55,399 bases of DNA from Deltaproteobacteria bacterium (lineage in GTDB: Bacteria; CG2-30-53-67). The first letter of the stretch is position 1. The number at the start of each line of letters is the position of its first letter. Made by a program: the position numbers and the translations under genes. The notes beneath the pieces were generated by a model. That model was not told the DNA's origin, ran no database searches, and saw nothing but the letters and a program-made list of their open reading frames with translations. The stretch lies in the NCBI GenBank assembly GCA_013151235.1, contig JAADIO010000041.1:1-55399 (forward strand), given 5' to 3'. Below are positions 35,923-46,832 of the stretch, one piece after another.

Positions 35923-36463
35923 GCCGGGGCAAGGGGGCTTCACTCTCCTTGAGTTGATCGTCACCCTTCTGCTGATCACCATCGTCCTGAGTTTTACCCT
36001 GCCGAAGATCGGGAATGTCCTTTATTCCACGGACCTCAGGGAGTCGGTGCGGCAATTGCGGGCATTGCTGACCGCGGCCCGAAGCCTGGCCGTCGCGGAA
36101 GGAATCCCGCGACGGATTGTCTGCGATCTTTCCAAAGGAGAAATACATGTTGAACGGGCGGTGTACCACAAAGAAGGCGAAATCGAAACAGTCCGCTACG
36201 AGATGGATTCATCGATCCTGATCCATCGCTATACCCTTCCCCGCCACGTGAAGATCGAAGACGTGATCACCGAAAGCGGTGACAAAATCACGGAAGGAAC
36301 GGCGACCCTCCGCATCGGGATCAACGGCATGATTTTCGGGAACCGGATCCATCTATTGCAGAAAGAGAAACAGTACACACTGGTGATCAATCCTCTTACG
36401 GGGAGAATCACTGTCGAACAAGGTTATACGGAGGAAACCCGGAATGCCGACAACGGGGAATAG
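35891..36463 (+). CDS. gspH: Minor pseudopilin H
   Basis: GGFTLLELIV prepilin motif. Start trimmed to ATG 35891, overlapping the gspG end. Confidence 0.85.
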   Translation: MRISKAGTWNKPGQGGFTLLELIVTLLLITIVLSFTLPKIGNVLYSTDLRESVRQLRALLTAARSLAVAEGIPRRIVCDLSKGEIHVERAVYHKEGEIETVRYEMDSSILIHRYTLPRHVKIEDVITESGDKITEGTATLRIGINGMIFGNRIHLLQKEKQYTLVINPLTGRITVEQGYTEETRNADNGE

Positions 36464-36842
36464 AGGTTTTACCCTGATGGAGGTCATTTTCGCCGTTGCC
36501 ATCATGGGAATCTCTCTCGTCACGCTCCTGAACCTGCAGATCAAGACGATTCGGCTGCAACAGGTCACCAACCATACCGAGGAAGCCACCCTCCTGGCCC
36601 AGGAAATGATGACCCGAAAGATGCTCGAAATTACGAGCAGCCCGTCCATGCCGCAATATTTCGATGAAGGGGATTTTGAGAAAGAGGAGTTTGCATCCTA
36701 TCACTGGGAATATACTCTGTCGGCCACGGATGCCGATTCCCTCTTCCGGATCGACCTGACCGTCTTCTGGAATCCGGAAGACAAGAAAAACAACTCCGTT
36801 ACGCTTTCCAGTTTTGTCACGATGAAGGCGGCCGGCCTATGA
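36444..36842 (+). CDS. gspI: Minor pseudopilin I
   Basis: RGFTLMEVIFAVAI; 132 aa; position in the operon. Confidence 0.88.
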   Translation: MPTTGNRGFTLMEVIFAVAIMGISLVTLLNLQIKTIRLQQVTNHTEEATLLAQEMMTRKMLEITSSPSMPQYFDEGDFEKEEFASYHWEYTLSATDADSLFRIDLTVFWNPEDKKNNSVTLSSFVTMKAAGL

Positions 36843-37498
36843 TCCTTTACCGTTCCGAAAAGGGCCTGACCCTGTTAGAGGTTCTTGTTGCGATCGTGAT
36901 CCTCTCAATTATCCTGGGTGTGATCTATTCCTCTTTCCTGGGAACGACGAGAACGGCCTCGATTCTGGAATCGAGTGAAGATGCCTACCAGACGGCACAG
37001 GCATTCTTCGATATGCTCTCCCGTGAACTACGCGGCACTTATTACCGAAAAGGAAGGACGCCGGCCGGACTCCTCGGTATCGCCTCGGAATCGAGAGAAA
37101 ACCCGACGGATGCCGTCTATTTCCTGACCACCTCGCTGGGGCGGCGTACTCCGAAGAGTACCGACGGAACCCTCGCGGAGGTCGGCTATTTCTTTGATGT
37201 GGACGAGCTGAGCAACACCCGGCATCTGATTAAAAGTATCGACATGACCCCCGACATGGACCTTCGGAAAGGAGGAAAGTTTTATCCTTTAACGGACCGG
37301 GTGAAAAGTCTGAAATTCTCTTATTTCCAGGCCCGGGAGAACAAGTGGTTTGACCAATGGAAGAAACCCGATCTGCCCGACCTGATCCGCGTGGAGCTGA
37401 CCGTCCTCGACGATCAGGACCACCCGATTTATTTTCGGACCACCCTCCAGCCGATGCTGCGCCGGGGTAAAAAAATCAGGGGGAACCCGGTCCCATGA
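36839..37498 (+). CDS. gspJ: Minor pseudopilin J
   Basis: KGLTLLEVLVAIVI; W..QW...LPDLIRVEL. Confidence 0.88.
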   Translation: MILYRSEKGLTLLEVLVAIVILSIILGVIYSSFLGTTRTASILESSEDAYQTAQAFFDMLSRELRGTYYRKGRTPAGLLGIASESRENPTDAVYFLTTSLGRRTPKSTDGTLAEVGYFFDVDELSNTRHLIKSIDMTPDMDLRKGGKFYPLTDRVKSLKFSYFQARENKWFDQWKKPDLPDLIRVELTVLDDQDHPIYFRTTLQPMLRRGKKIRGNPVP

Positions 37499-38481
37499 AA
37501 ACAGACCACGTCAGAGAAGGCAGGCGGCATAATGAGCGGGGGATCGCCCTGATCCTCGTGCTGCTCGTCGTCGGGGCACTTTCCGCTCTGCTTCTTGACC
37601 TGAACTATACCACCCGGATCAACCTCCATCTCGCTGACAATTTCCGGGACCAGACCCGTGCCTCCTTCCTGGCACGGGGAACCCTGGAGGCGGCCATCGC
37701 CCTGTTGCTGGCCGACGAGAACTTTGACTTCGACGATCCCGACAGCCCAGAGGATGCTATTTGGGCCACTCCCAACGTCCACGAAGAAGCAGGAGGCACC
37801 ATCCGGATCCAAATGGCCATTCACGATGAAGATGGAAAGATCTCCATCAACGATACGAAGAATCTTTTCCTGAAGAACTCCACTCAGGCGGGTCGGCTTC
37901 CCGGGCTCGCGCAGAACATCCAGTCCGTCCTTACACTGGACGACACCGTCATGGATTCGATCCAGGACTGGATTGACAGCGATAACGTGGTATTCAATTT
38001 CGGCGCCGAAAACGACTATTATCAATCACTTGATCCACCCTACGAGATCCGTAACGGAGAGATCTGGGACCTGACGGAGCTTTTCCGGATCCAGGGGATC
38101 GATGACCGTATTTATTACGGGGGCACCGAGGAAGTCCCCGTGGGACTCTCCGACATCTTCACCGATATCGGCGGGGATGACAAACCACGGAAGATCAATG
38201 TCAACACGGCTCCCGATGAAGTACTGGTCGCTCTCGGCGATCGATCCTTTGCCGATGAAGTCGAAGCGGCACGACCGATTGAGTCCTCGGCCGACCTGAA
38301 GGGACTCAACGGATATAGTGCCCTCCCCGAAAACATCCGGAAGATGCTCGATGTAAAATCGACCTACTTTTCCGTCGACACCAAAGTCAAAGTCAACCGG
38401 ATTGTGAAATCCGTTTATGCAGTCTTGAAAAGAATCCCAAATAATGATACGGTAAACATCGTCTACTGGCGCGAGGAGTAA
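37495..38481 (+). CDS. gspK: Minor pseudopilin K
   Basis: RGIALILVL (no E5), DEDGKISIN, IQDWIDSD, GAENDYY, INVNTAP. Confidence 0.92.
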   Translation: MKTDHVREGRRHNERGIALILVLLVVGALSALLLDLNYTTRINLHLADNFRDQTRASFLARGTLEAAIALLLADENFDFDDPDSPEDAIWATPNVHEEAGGTIRIQMAIHDEDGKISINDTKNLFLKNSTQAGRLPGLAQNIQSVLTLDDTVMDSIQDWIDSDNVVFNFGAENDYYQSLDPPYEIRNGEIWDLTELFRIQGIDDRIYYGGTEEVPVGLSDIFTDIGGDDKPRKINVNTAPDEVLVALGDRSFADEVEAARPIESSADLKGLNGYSALPENIRKMLDVKSTYFSVDTKVKVNRIVKSVYAVLKRIPNNDTVNIVYWREE

Positions 38482-38490
38482 AGAGCGGAT

Positions 38491-40032
38491 ATGTCAAGAA
38501 TCATTACAGCAATTGAAATCTTCCGGGATGCTCTTTACGGTGTCGAGATCGGCGTGCAGCGGAAGCAGGTCGAAATTCTCCGGTTGATTGAGGAACCGTT
38601 GCGGAAAGATGCACTCACGTCGGAGGGGCTTTCGCTCTTCTTCACGGAGCACCAATTACACAAGGAGGAAGTCATTACCTCCGTGTCCGGAGACATGCTC
38701 ATCACACGAAGAGTCTCCGTTCCGTTCCGGGATCGGGGCAGGATCAACAAGATCCTCCCCTTCGAACTGGAACCTCTCGTTCCCTTCCCCCTTTCCGAGC
38801 TGGAGATCTGTTACCGGGTCCTGGAGCAGGATCGCGACCGAAGCAACCTCCTGGTCTACAGCCTCCCGAAGAAGGTGCTGGATCAACGTTCGTCACTCTT
38901 TGCCGATGCCGGAATTCCCCTTCAAATGATCGGGGTTTCTTCCCTGGCGGCGGCAAATGCACTCTTTACCCTCAAACAGATCGAAAAAAGCAAGACCATC
39001 CTCCACCTTCATGTCCTTCCCGATTTCAGCATCCTCTCCATCTACCGGATGGGCGTGTTGCAACACTTCGTAAATCTCACTTGGGGAGGGCAGGATCTCA
39101 CAAACAAGCTGACGTCCATTACCGGACTGAATGTGGAGACACTTCCGGAACGTTTTTCCTCCCTCACCCCGACGGAAAAAGATGAAATCACCCGTGCCCT
39201 CTCGGGGGGGGAAACCGAAATCGCCTCACAGATACGGAAAGAGTGTAACCTTTACCTGATGCAGCCACAAACGAGCATGCCCGAGACCCTTTATGTGACG
39301 GGATACACTACCGGACTTCCGCTCCTCATTCCGCTCCTTGAGAAAGCCGTTGAGGTGCGGGCCAAAACCCCCGATCCTTTGCCTGCATTGAAACATTCCC
39401 TTGCGGAAGGAACCCCGGGGACGGGTCTGCCGGCCCCTCTCGGTCTGGCTTTCATGTGGATGGGGAAGGATGCTCTGGGGAGCGTATTCCGCAGACAGAA
39501 AACCTCCTTTTTCTCAAGCATCATAAACTCCAAACAGGAACTGCGCCATGCGCTGATCATTGTGGCCATCCTGATCGTGGGATTTTTCACGGACTTTTTT
39601 GTGGGGATCCAGGCAAAAGAATATCACTATCACCGGCTTCAACAGGAAATGCGCCTACTCTTCCATGAGACATTCCCCGATGTAAAAAATATTGTGAATG
39701 AACTGGAACAGATGAAACTGAAGATGAAGGACCTGGAAAAACAGAATGAGATCTTCAAAACTGTTTTCGGAGAGAAACCTTCCGCCCTGGAGGTTCTGAA
39801 TGAGCTGAGTGTCCGGATCCCCAAAGACATTGAACTTGCCATCACGGATTTCACCATTGACGACAAATCGATCCGCTTCACGGGATGGACCGATACCTTC
39901 GAATCGGTGAACAAGATCGAAAAGGAACTCAGAAAGTCAACAATCTTTGTGAATGCCAAGGTCAGCAACGCCAAGGTCGGCAGAAACAAGAGCCGGATCA
40001 ACTTCCAGATATTAATTCCATTCAAGAAATAA
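38491..40032 (+). CDS. gspL: Type II secretion protein L (PilM-like cytoplasmic + PilN-like periplasmic domains)
   Basis: VPFRDRGRINKILPFELEPLVPF, single TM, LEVLNELSVRIP, FESVNKIEKEL. Confidence 0.85.
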   Translation: MSRIITAIEIFRDALYGVEIGVQRKQVEILRLIEEPLRKDALTSEGLSLFFTEHQLHKEEVITSVSGDMLITRRVSVPFRDRGRINKILPFELEPLVPFPLSELEICYRVLEQDRDRSNLLVYSLPKKVLDQRSSLFADAGIPLQMIGVSSLAAANALFTLKQIEKSKTILHLHVLPDFSILSIYRMGVLQHFVNLTWGGQDLTNKLTSITGLNVETLPERFSSLTPTEKDEITRALSGGETEIASQIRKECNLYLMQPQTSMPETLYVTGYTTGLPLLIPLLEKAVEVRAKTPDPLPALKHSLAEGTPGTGLPAPLGLAFMWMGKDALGSVFRRQKTSFFSSIINSKQELRHALIIVAILIVGFFTDFFVGIQAKEYHYHRLQQEMRLLFHETFPDVKNIVNELEQMKLKMKDLEKQNEIFKTVFGEKPSALEVLNELSVRIPKDIELAITDFTIDDKSIRFTGWTDTFESVNKIEKELRKSTIFVNAKVSNAKVGRNKSRINFQILIPFKK

Positions 40033-40090
40033 CGGGATTCTCCTGAAAGGGACGAAATGGCATTGCACCTGTTATCACGGCGGGAATTCG

Positions 40091-40852
40091 ATGAAGGTAA
40101 TTTCCATCATCAACCAGAAAGGAGGGATTGGAAAGACCACAACGGCCATCAATCTCTCGGCTTGTCTTGCGGAATTGGAGCAACGGGTACTCCTGATCGA
40201 TATGGACGCCCAGGCCAACGCCACAATCGGGCTGGATATCGATCCGGCCCGGTGCCGGAAGACCGTATACGATCTTCTGATCAACGAAGAAACGCCCTTC
40301 GAGGATGTCCGCTGCAAGACGATCCTGGATCGACTCGATCTCCTTCCGGGGCACATGGACTTGGCCGGTTGCGACGTTCAACTCGCACAAAGCACCAATC
40401 GTCCTTATCGGCTCGGCCATGCCCTGCAACGGGTGGACGGGGAATATGACTATACCATTATCGACTGCCCTCCCTCCCTCGGGGTGCTCAGTTTGAATGC
40501 CCTTCTGGCGTCGAGCGACATCATTATCCCGACCGAGGCAAAGTATTATGCAACCAAAGGATTCGACATGTTGAACAACATGCTGACCACCATCTCCATG
40601 CAATTAGGACACCGCATCCACCTCATGGGGATTCTGATTACCATGTTTGACAAAAGAACGACCCTGAACCGCATTTTTTATGAACAGATTCATGAATATT
40701 TCGGGGACAAGGTTTTCAAGACACGAATCCCGAGAAACATCACCCTGAGCGAAGCGGAAGTGTACCGAAAACCAATCATCCGATATGCCGCCAATTCGAC
40801 AGGAGCGAAGCACTATCGCCGTTTGGCCATTGAAGTCCTTTTCCATGAATAA
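40091..40852 (+). CDS. parA: Orphan ParA/Soj-family ATPase inside the gsp operon
   Basis: Deviant Walker A NQKGGIGKTT, LLIDMDAQANAT, IIDCPPSLG, TMFDKRT, IPRNITLSEA. No parB adjacent. Confidence 0.92.
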   Translation: MKVISIINQKGGIGKTTTAINLSACLAELEQRVLLIDMDAQANATIGLDIDPARCRKTVYDLLINEETPFEDVRCKTILDRLDLLPGHMDLAGCDVQLAQSTNRPYRLGHALQRVDGEYDYTIIDCPPSLGVLSLNALLASSDIIIPTEAKYYATKGFDMLNNMLTTISMQLGHRIHLMGILITMFDKRTTLNRIFYEQIHEYFGDKVFKTRIPRNITLSEAEVYRKPIIRYAANSTGAKHYRRLAIEVLFHE

Positions 40853-40897
40853 CGGCAACCGGGCCGTCCGGTAAAACATTCAGAAAGTGATCTATCC

Positions 40898-41851
40898 ATG
40901 CCAGACAAAGAAGACGAGCTTCGGAAAAAGACGAAAGAAAATCTTGACCCGAAAGGATGGGAGGCCCTTCTGGAGGGCGTTCCTCCAATCAACACACAAG
41001 CCTCTACACCCGACCCGGCCCCGTCCTCTTCGGAGCGGAAAGAGCATGTTCTCCGGGTCACGGATGAAACCGGTTTGACATCGGAGCAGACCCTCGCTGC
41101 GGAACCCGTTATCCCACCGGAAAAGACATCGGGCAAAGGTGGCGCCGGCGATCATGGGAAGGACCTATCCCGCGGGGAGAGTTCCTCAATGGAAGCGGAG
41201 GAAACGAAGGAGCATCTACAGCTCCCCCCCCCGGACCCGGAAATCAACAAGAAGAATCGATTCTCCCTTCTTGCGGACCGGATCCGCAAATTTCCTCAGA
41301 TCCGGAAGGCCCTGCAGTATTATCAGCACATCAGCCTTCGGGAACAGCGAATGGTGCTGGCCTCGATCCTTTTTCTCATTCTCATCTTTGTCTATTCCTT
41401 GATCCTGGGGCCTCTTATGGATCGCAATGCCCTGCTCAATCGGAAAATTAAAAAAAAGAGGGAAGAGATCACGGAGATGGTTCGTCTGCGATCCTCGGTC
41501 GTGCAGGATCGGGGCGGAATGGACCGGATCCGGAAGATCATCGAACAGCGGGGCAAGGATTTTTCCGTTTTTGCCTACCTGGAACAGTTGGCCACAAAAG
41601 CGGAGATGAAAGACAAGATCATCTACATCAAACCACAGCGGGAAACCCCGGTCGGTCGCTTCAAGGAATCCCTGGTCCAGATCAAACTCGAAAAGATCGG
41701 AATGGAAGCGTTGACGCGATATCTTTATCAGATCGAAACCTCGGAAGACCTTCTCTACATCAAAAACCTTCGGATGAAACAGGGCAAAGAAAGGGGGCAA
41801 ACCGGACTGAACGTCACGCTCTCCGTGGGAACCCTGATTCTGGGAAGCTGA
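40898..41851 (+). CDS. gspM: Type II secretion protein M with a ~130-aa N-terminal extension
   Basis: SLREQRMV + TM, coiled coil, LEQLATKA..IKPQ, LTRYLYQIE..LYIKNLRM (GspM/PilO-like), preceded by a charged/Pro-rich disordered region. Confidence 0.82.
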   Translation: MPDKEDELRKKTKENLDPKGWEALLEGVPPINTQASTPDPAPSSSERKEHVLRVTDETGLTSEQTLAAEPVIPPEKTSGKGGAGDHGKDLSRGESSSMEAEETKEHLQLPPPDPEINKKNRFSLLADRIRKFPQIRKALQYYQHISLREQRMVLASILFLILIFVYSLILGPLMDRNALLNRKIKKKREEITEMVRLRSSVVQDRGGMDRIRKIIEQRGKDFSVFAYLEQLATKAEMKDKIIYIKPQRETPVGRFKESLVQIKLEKIGMEALTRYLYQIETSEDLLYIKNLRMKQGKERGQTGLNVTLSVGTLILGS

Positions 41852-41885
41852 AAGTCTTTTTTCTTCATCCAGTTCCTGGATGGAG

Positions 41886-41924
41886 AAAAAAAGCGGCAGG
41901 GAATTTTTCCCTGCCGCTTTTTTT
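41886..41924. terminator. Bidirectional intrinsic terminator
   Basis: A7-GCGGCAGGGAA-TTT-TTCCCTGCCGC-T7 between convergent gspM and the large surface-protein gene. Confidence 0.92.
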
Positions 41925-41947
41925 ATGACAGTTTTACGACCTCCTTC

Positions 41948-44900
41948 CTACCAGCGCACCTTGCTTCCCTTCCTGCGAAGCAGAGCCAACACAAAGACCG
42001 GAAGGAGAAGCAGAACCACCGCAGGCAGGCCCTCCATCGGGGTGACCGGTGAAGAGGAAAGGGCACACCCCCCCCCNNNNNNNNNCACCGCCACTGCTGC
42101 TGGAGGAACTGGAACCGGACGATGAACTGGAACCGGAACCGGACGACGAACTGGAACCGGCCGAACCGTTCCCCACCTCAAAGGGAGAGAGGCTGGTCAC
42201 ATCAGCGGTGATCGTATGATTGGTGGTGTCAACACTCCTGTTTGTATCCTCAGCGACCCATTCACCACCGGTATAGTGATAGATATGGAGATCACTGGGA
42301 TCAGTAATGGAACTGCTGTACTGCAGTTGGATCGTCACCGACGCCCCGGAAGCAATCGAGTCCGCACTCGGAAGATCAATGTCATAAAGACCACTGGCAG
42401 CCGTGGCATAAGACGGAAGATCCGGCGTCGATTCCGCCAGGAGCGATTCGCCTCGCAGACCGTTCGTACTCAAGCCGTTACTGGACAGAGTGGAGTCGTC
42501 CTTCTGCAAAGTCACCGTCGTAACACCGTCCCCTTCGCCGTCGGTAATGTCACCCGGTTCGAAGAAGACCTTCGACTTGTCCCCCTGCCCCATGCCGACG
42601 GATCCGCCGAGGAGGGCTTCCACCGTCCCCTCATTGAAGGCCGAGGCATTCATGTCGTACTGGAAGGTCTTGGTAATGACGGTATTATCCTTGCCGTAAT
42701 GGGCGGTAAAGGTCACCGTATAGACCGGATCGATGATCGATGCCGGCGGCGTATAGGTGCCGGTAATTCCCATCTTGTCGGACCCCATGGTCGCAGAGAT
42801 CGACCCCTGATCGACGGAAAGGATGTCATCGGCCGAGGCATCATTCAGATAACTCGTGCTGAAGAAAGCGATGGTAAATGTGCCATCACTGTTTTTCTTG
42901 GCCCGTGCCGTAATAATCGGCGGCGTGTCGGTCAGCACGGCATTGTAGGTATCCCCGCCCTGCACCTTGTCGGGCATGACATGAAGCTCGAAGGGGCCGT
43001 CCTCACTGTCATGCACAAGCAACAGATTGTAACTCTTCCCGGTTTCGAGACCGGGGACGGAATAGGCCGTCACTTCCCGTGTGGCATCGTTCGACGTCAC
43101 ACTTCCGAAGATGATGGTATCCATATCGGCGGAGACTGCAACCACCTGGTTAACTTCGCCCATCGTCGGGTAGGTCCCGTCCTCCTTGACGATCGTCCCG
43201 GAAACCGTTTCTCCTTCCGTCAACTCGATCGTGGAAAGGGTATTGCTCCCTGCCGAGATCGTAATATCCCGAACAATCTTCGTGGTATAACCCATACAGA
43301 AGACCTTGAGATTATACTTCCCGGGAACGATCCCGTCAACACTGAAGGTCGTCGTATCAGAGTCGCTCGGCTCTCCGATGAAATCTATTCCGTCCATCGG
43401 ATCGGAATAGACCTCTCCCTGCTTCTGGAGCAGCAGGTAGGGCGCCGGCATGTCCTCATCCATAAAGGGGACCTTCCAAGGCGAACTGCCGGTCTTGTGG
43501 AGCGTACCGGAGAGGGAAGCATTTGCGACGGGCAGTGCGAAATCTATCCCGGTCAGACCGTTCGTCCCGACCTCCACATTTTTTTTCACCTCACCCCAAT
43601 CGACAGGCGCAAAGTCCATAAAATCGGGGCGGGAACCACCGACCACAGTATAATACTTCACGTTGGGATCGACGCCATAGATGGTGTATGCCCCGTTGGA
43701 ACCGGTTGAAGCACAGGCCCAGGTGGATCCGTCTTTTTCATCGTCCGGCTGCGCACAAACATTGACGTTCCCGACGGCACTGCCCGTTGCCGCCGAAGTG
43801 ACGGTCCCGGAAACGGTCACCCCTTCACGAAGTTTCAGAGTCCCGATATCCACGGTCGCCCCTTCCGTATCCGGCACAACGACACCGGCCTTCCGGATCC
43901 CCACATAGTTCTTGGCACCGTTCTGCTTGAAACCATGCTCTGCCTCAATAGTCACCACATAGGTCCCCGCCGGAAGATTGGCCAGACGGAATTGACCGGT
44001 ATAGGTTCCGTTCCCGTCGGTGGTCTCCTGCCCGCTTGAATCGACGGCAATGAAACGGCTTGTCGACCAGGGGTCGTTCCGGGTCTCTCGCCAGCTCCCT
44101 TCCACCCAGGGATGGGCCTCACAACGGATGGAAATCCCGTCATCCGGGGTGATCGCCTCACCGGTCTCCGCATCAACCAGTTTCCCTTCGATATTTGCAC
44201 CCTTTTTCAGGTCCAGGTTTGCTCCCACCACATCGCTTCCGTTGACAGTGATGCTCTTGCTGGCCACGGTATAGTTCGGTGTCCAGGCCTGCACAACATA
44301 GTCGCCGTCCATGACATGGGGCAGAGTGAAGGAGTAGGTCTTGGTCGCTGTAGCTGGATCTGTAGGATCTGTCCAGAAGTCCTTGGAAAAAACCGGAATA
44401 TGCCGTCCCATCCCCGCTTTCTGCGGATGATGCAGTTCGATATCGGCCACCCAGAAATTAGGATCGGAGTTCTGAGGGATCTCGGGCAAGGTCAACGTAC
44501 CTGTAACAGTATAACCATTGGAAAGAGTAAAATCGATTCCGGTTTTTGCCTCTCCCGCAGAAACGGAAACCATCCGGTCATCGGCCGCCACATCGGGCAG
44601 AAAGGCCTGCTGAAAAACATCACCTCCTGTCGAGTGGTCCGTTAATTGTGTAGGAGGCGAAATATTGTAGGCACCCTTGGCAAGACCGGAGATGGTATAA
44701 GTCCCATCGGAGGCAATCTGCCCCATGTACATGGTAGATCCACCCATCATAGCCATTTTCATCGGGATCGCCATGACGCTCTGCCCCACAAGATCATTGG
44801 CAAAGCTTACCGATCCGGAATATCCCGTCTCCAGACTGACCGTCCCGGAGATCGAGGCACCCGTACTCAGGGTAAAATCCTGTCCCGTTGCAGTCTCCCC

Positions 44901-46814
44901 ATTCATGACGGGAATCCGTGCCGTTTCGGTGCCGAAGTTTCCGTCGGGCATCCCCGGCTGCCCCTGAAGCATCTGGGCTGCATTACTGTATTCATTTACT
45001 TCTACAATATACTCCGACGTCCCCAGTCCCGTCAGGGAGTAAGTCCCATCCGATGCAGGCTGTGTCATCACCGGCTCCTGCCAGTCGCCCCAGCCGGACT
45101 TTGTCGCCTTCACCACGACTTTGGACATCTGGACGCCGCTTCCGGAAATCGTACCGGAAATTGCGCCGGAGAAGGGTGCAAAAGTCAGATTGACTCCGGA
45201 GGTCTGACTGTCGGTCGTGACGGTCGCCGTCAACGGCATGGGGGTCTGTTCGTATCCCTCGCCCAAATCGGAATGAATTTCATAGGTCCCGGGATCGAGA
45301 CCTCCGATGGTGTAGGATACACTCTTGTTCGTCCCTCGGGGCACCTGGACATTGGTCCCGCCCCAGCCGCCATCGGATGATCCGGCATCAATCCAGAGGT
45401 TGATCGGTTGGCTGTAATCATCGCCCCCATAGGTCGCATAGGTTGAAGTATCACCGGCGATGATTACGGTTCCGGTGATGCTCCCCCCCTGACTCATGGT
45501 CAGGTTGCCGAGATTCACATCGGCGCCGCTCGTGACCGTCACATCATTCACGGTCGTCGTTTTATAACCCTGAACACGGACCTCCACCGTATAGGTTCCA
45601 GGCAGAGCCGAACGGATGTCAAAGCTTCCCTGGGTGGCGCCGTTATCAATGGACCCGCCACCCCAAGCCATGGTTCCATCGGTGGTGTGGGCGCTGACAT
45701 CAAGCCACATCTGGCCCCCCGTCGAATTGGTAGTAGGAAGTGTGACCGTTCCGTAGATCCGGCTGGCCTTCGAAAGCGTCAGGTCCTTGCTTCCCCCGCT
45801 CGAATCGACGGTGACCGTTACCTCACTGCTCGAATATCCTTCCGCCTCGGCACGCAGATGATAGGTCTTCTGCCCGGAGGTCGGAGGGGTGATATCCACG
45901 GAATAGGAAGCCGTTTGCGAACCCGCCTGAATCGTGGCATTCCCCCAGGTCCACTCGGAGCCATCGTCCGACCAGGCGTTGATGTTGATCATCAACTGGT
46001 TTTCCGTCCCCCCCCATTGATTGGTGAAAGAAGTAAAGGCTGCCGGAATCGTCACCGTACCTGAGATCTGTACCGAAGGGGAAAGAGAAAAATCGATCCC
46101 GGTGACACTGTTCCCCGATGATACAGAGACATCGTTCGGATAGTTGCCGTTCACATATCCGTTCGCCTTGACATCAACATGATAGCTCCCTGCCTTCAAT
46201 CCGGCCACCGTGTAGGTACCGTCTGAGGCGGTAAAGGTCTGTCCCCATCCGTACTGGGACCCGGCATGGACCTCAGCCCCGGAGATCGGGGTCGTCCCGT
46301 CGGTTTCATAGACTGTTCCCGAGATCGAAAGAGAATCGATCGTAACGGAAAGCGACGTATCAGAGGCCTCATCGTTAGTTGTCGTCCAGTCCCCGTCACC
46401 ATCGGTCATAATCTTGATATTATAGACCCCGTTGGGGAGGACATTCCCGTTATTGTCCCTTCCTTCAAACATGAAATCCATCGTCTCATTCTTATTTATG
46501 AAACCATCCATCGTGGTATCGGAGGTCTTCCAGGAATTCGGATCACTCCAGTCAGGTGGCTCAAAGAGACCGTCTCCGTCCGTGTCGACAATCACCCGGA
46601 AGGAGGCATCGACATCCGACGAGAAATGGATAAAAGACTGGTCGGTATTCCCGTCGTTATCGGGGGTAATGGTAACCGTTGAAAGGCTGCCTGCCGTTCC
46701 GGTATCGATCGTAACACCGGAGAGCACTGCACTTGCAGACCCTGCAAAAGCCAGTAAGAGAAACAGACTAAGAACCTCATGAAACAAAAATTGACCGATT
46801 CTTTTCCACCACAT
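41948..46814 (-). CDS. Large secreted surface protein: FlgD-Ig-like domain, tandem carboxypeptidase-regulatory-like beta-sandwiches, C-terminal Gly-Gly-Cys sorting signal
   Basis: Signal peptide (AGSASA), TITPDNDG..FEGRDNNGNVLPNGVY, repeated ISGTV..G.Y...L..G.Y, and a Ser/Gly linker. After the N gap, the alternative frame reads GGGCALSSSPVTPMEGLPAVVLLLLPVFVLALLRRKGSKVRW* (stop 41948), the likely true end. Confidence 0.82.
42077..42085. other. Assembly gap (9 N) in a poly-Gly-encoding C-run, causing an apparent frameshift
   Basis: N run adjacent to C9. Reading frames on either side are discordant for a sensible C-terminus. Confidence 0.9.
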
Positions 46815-46832
46815 GATAAACCCTCCCTGAAA

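Noticed and set aside
40091-40852. Chromosome or plasmid partition locus
   Set aside because: No parB, no parS palindrome or replication gene seen. The gene is embedded in the gsp operon.
41934-42076. C-terminus of the 1626-aa ORF as listed (GVCPFLFTGHP...)
   Set aside because: Probably a frame artefact of the N gap. The alternative frame gives a canonical TM plus basic tail.
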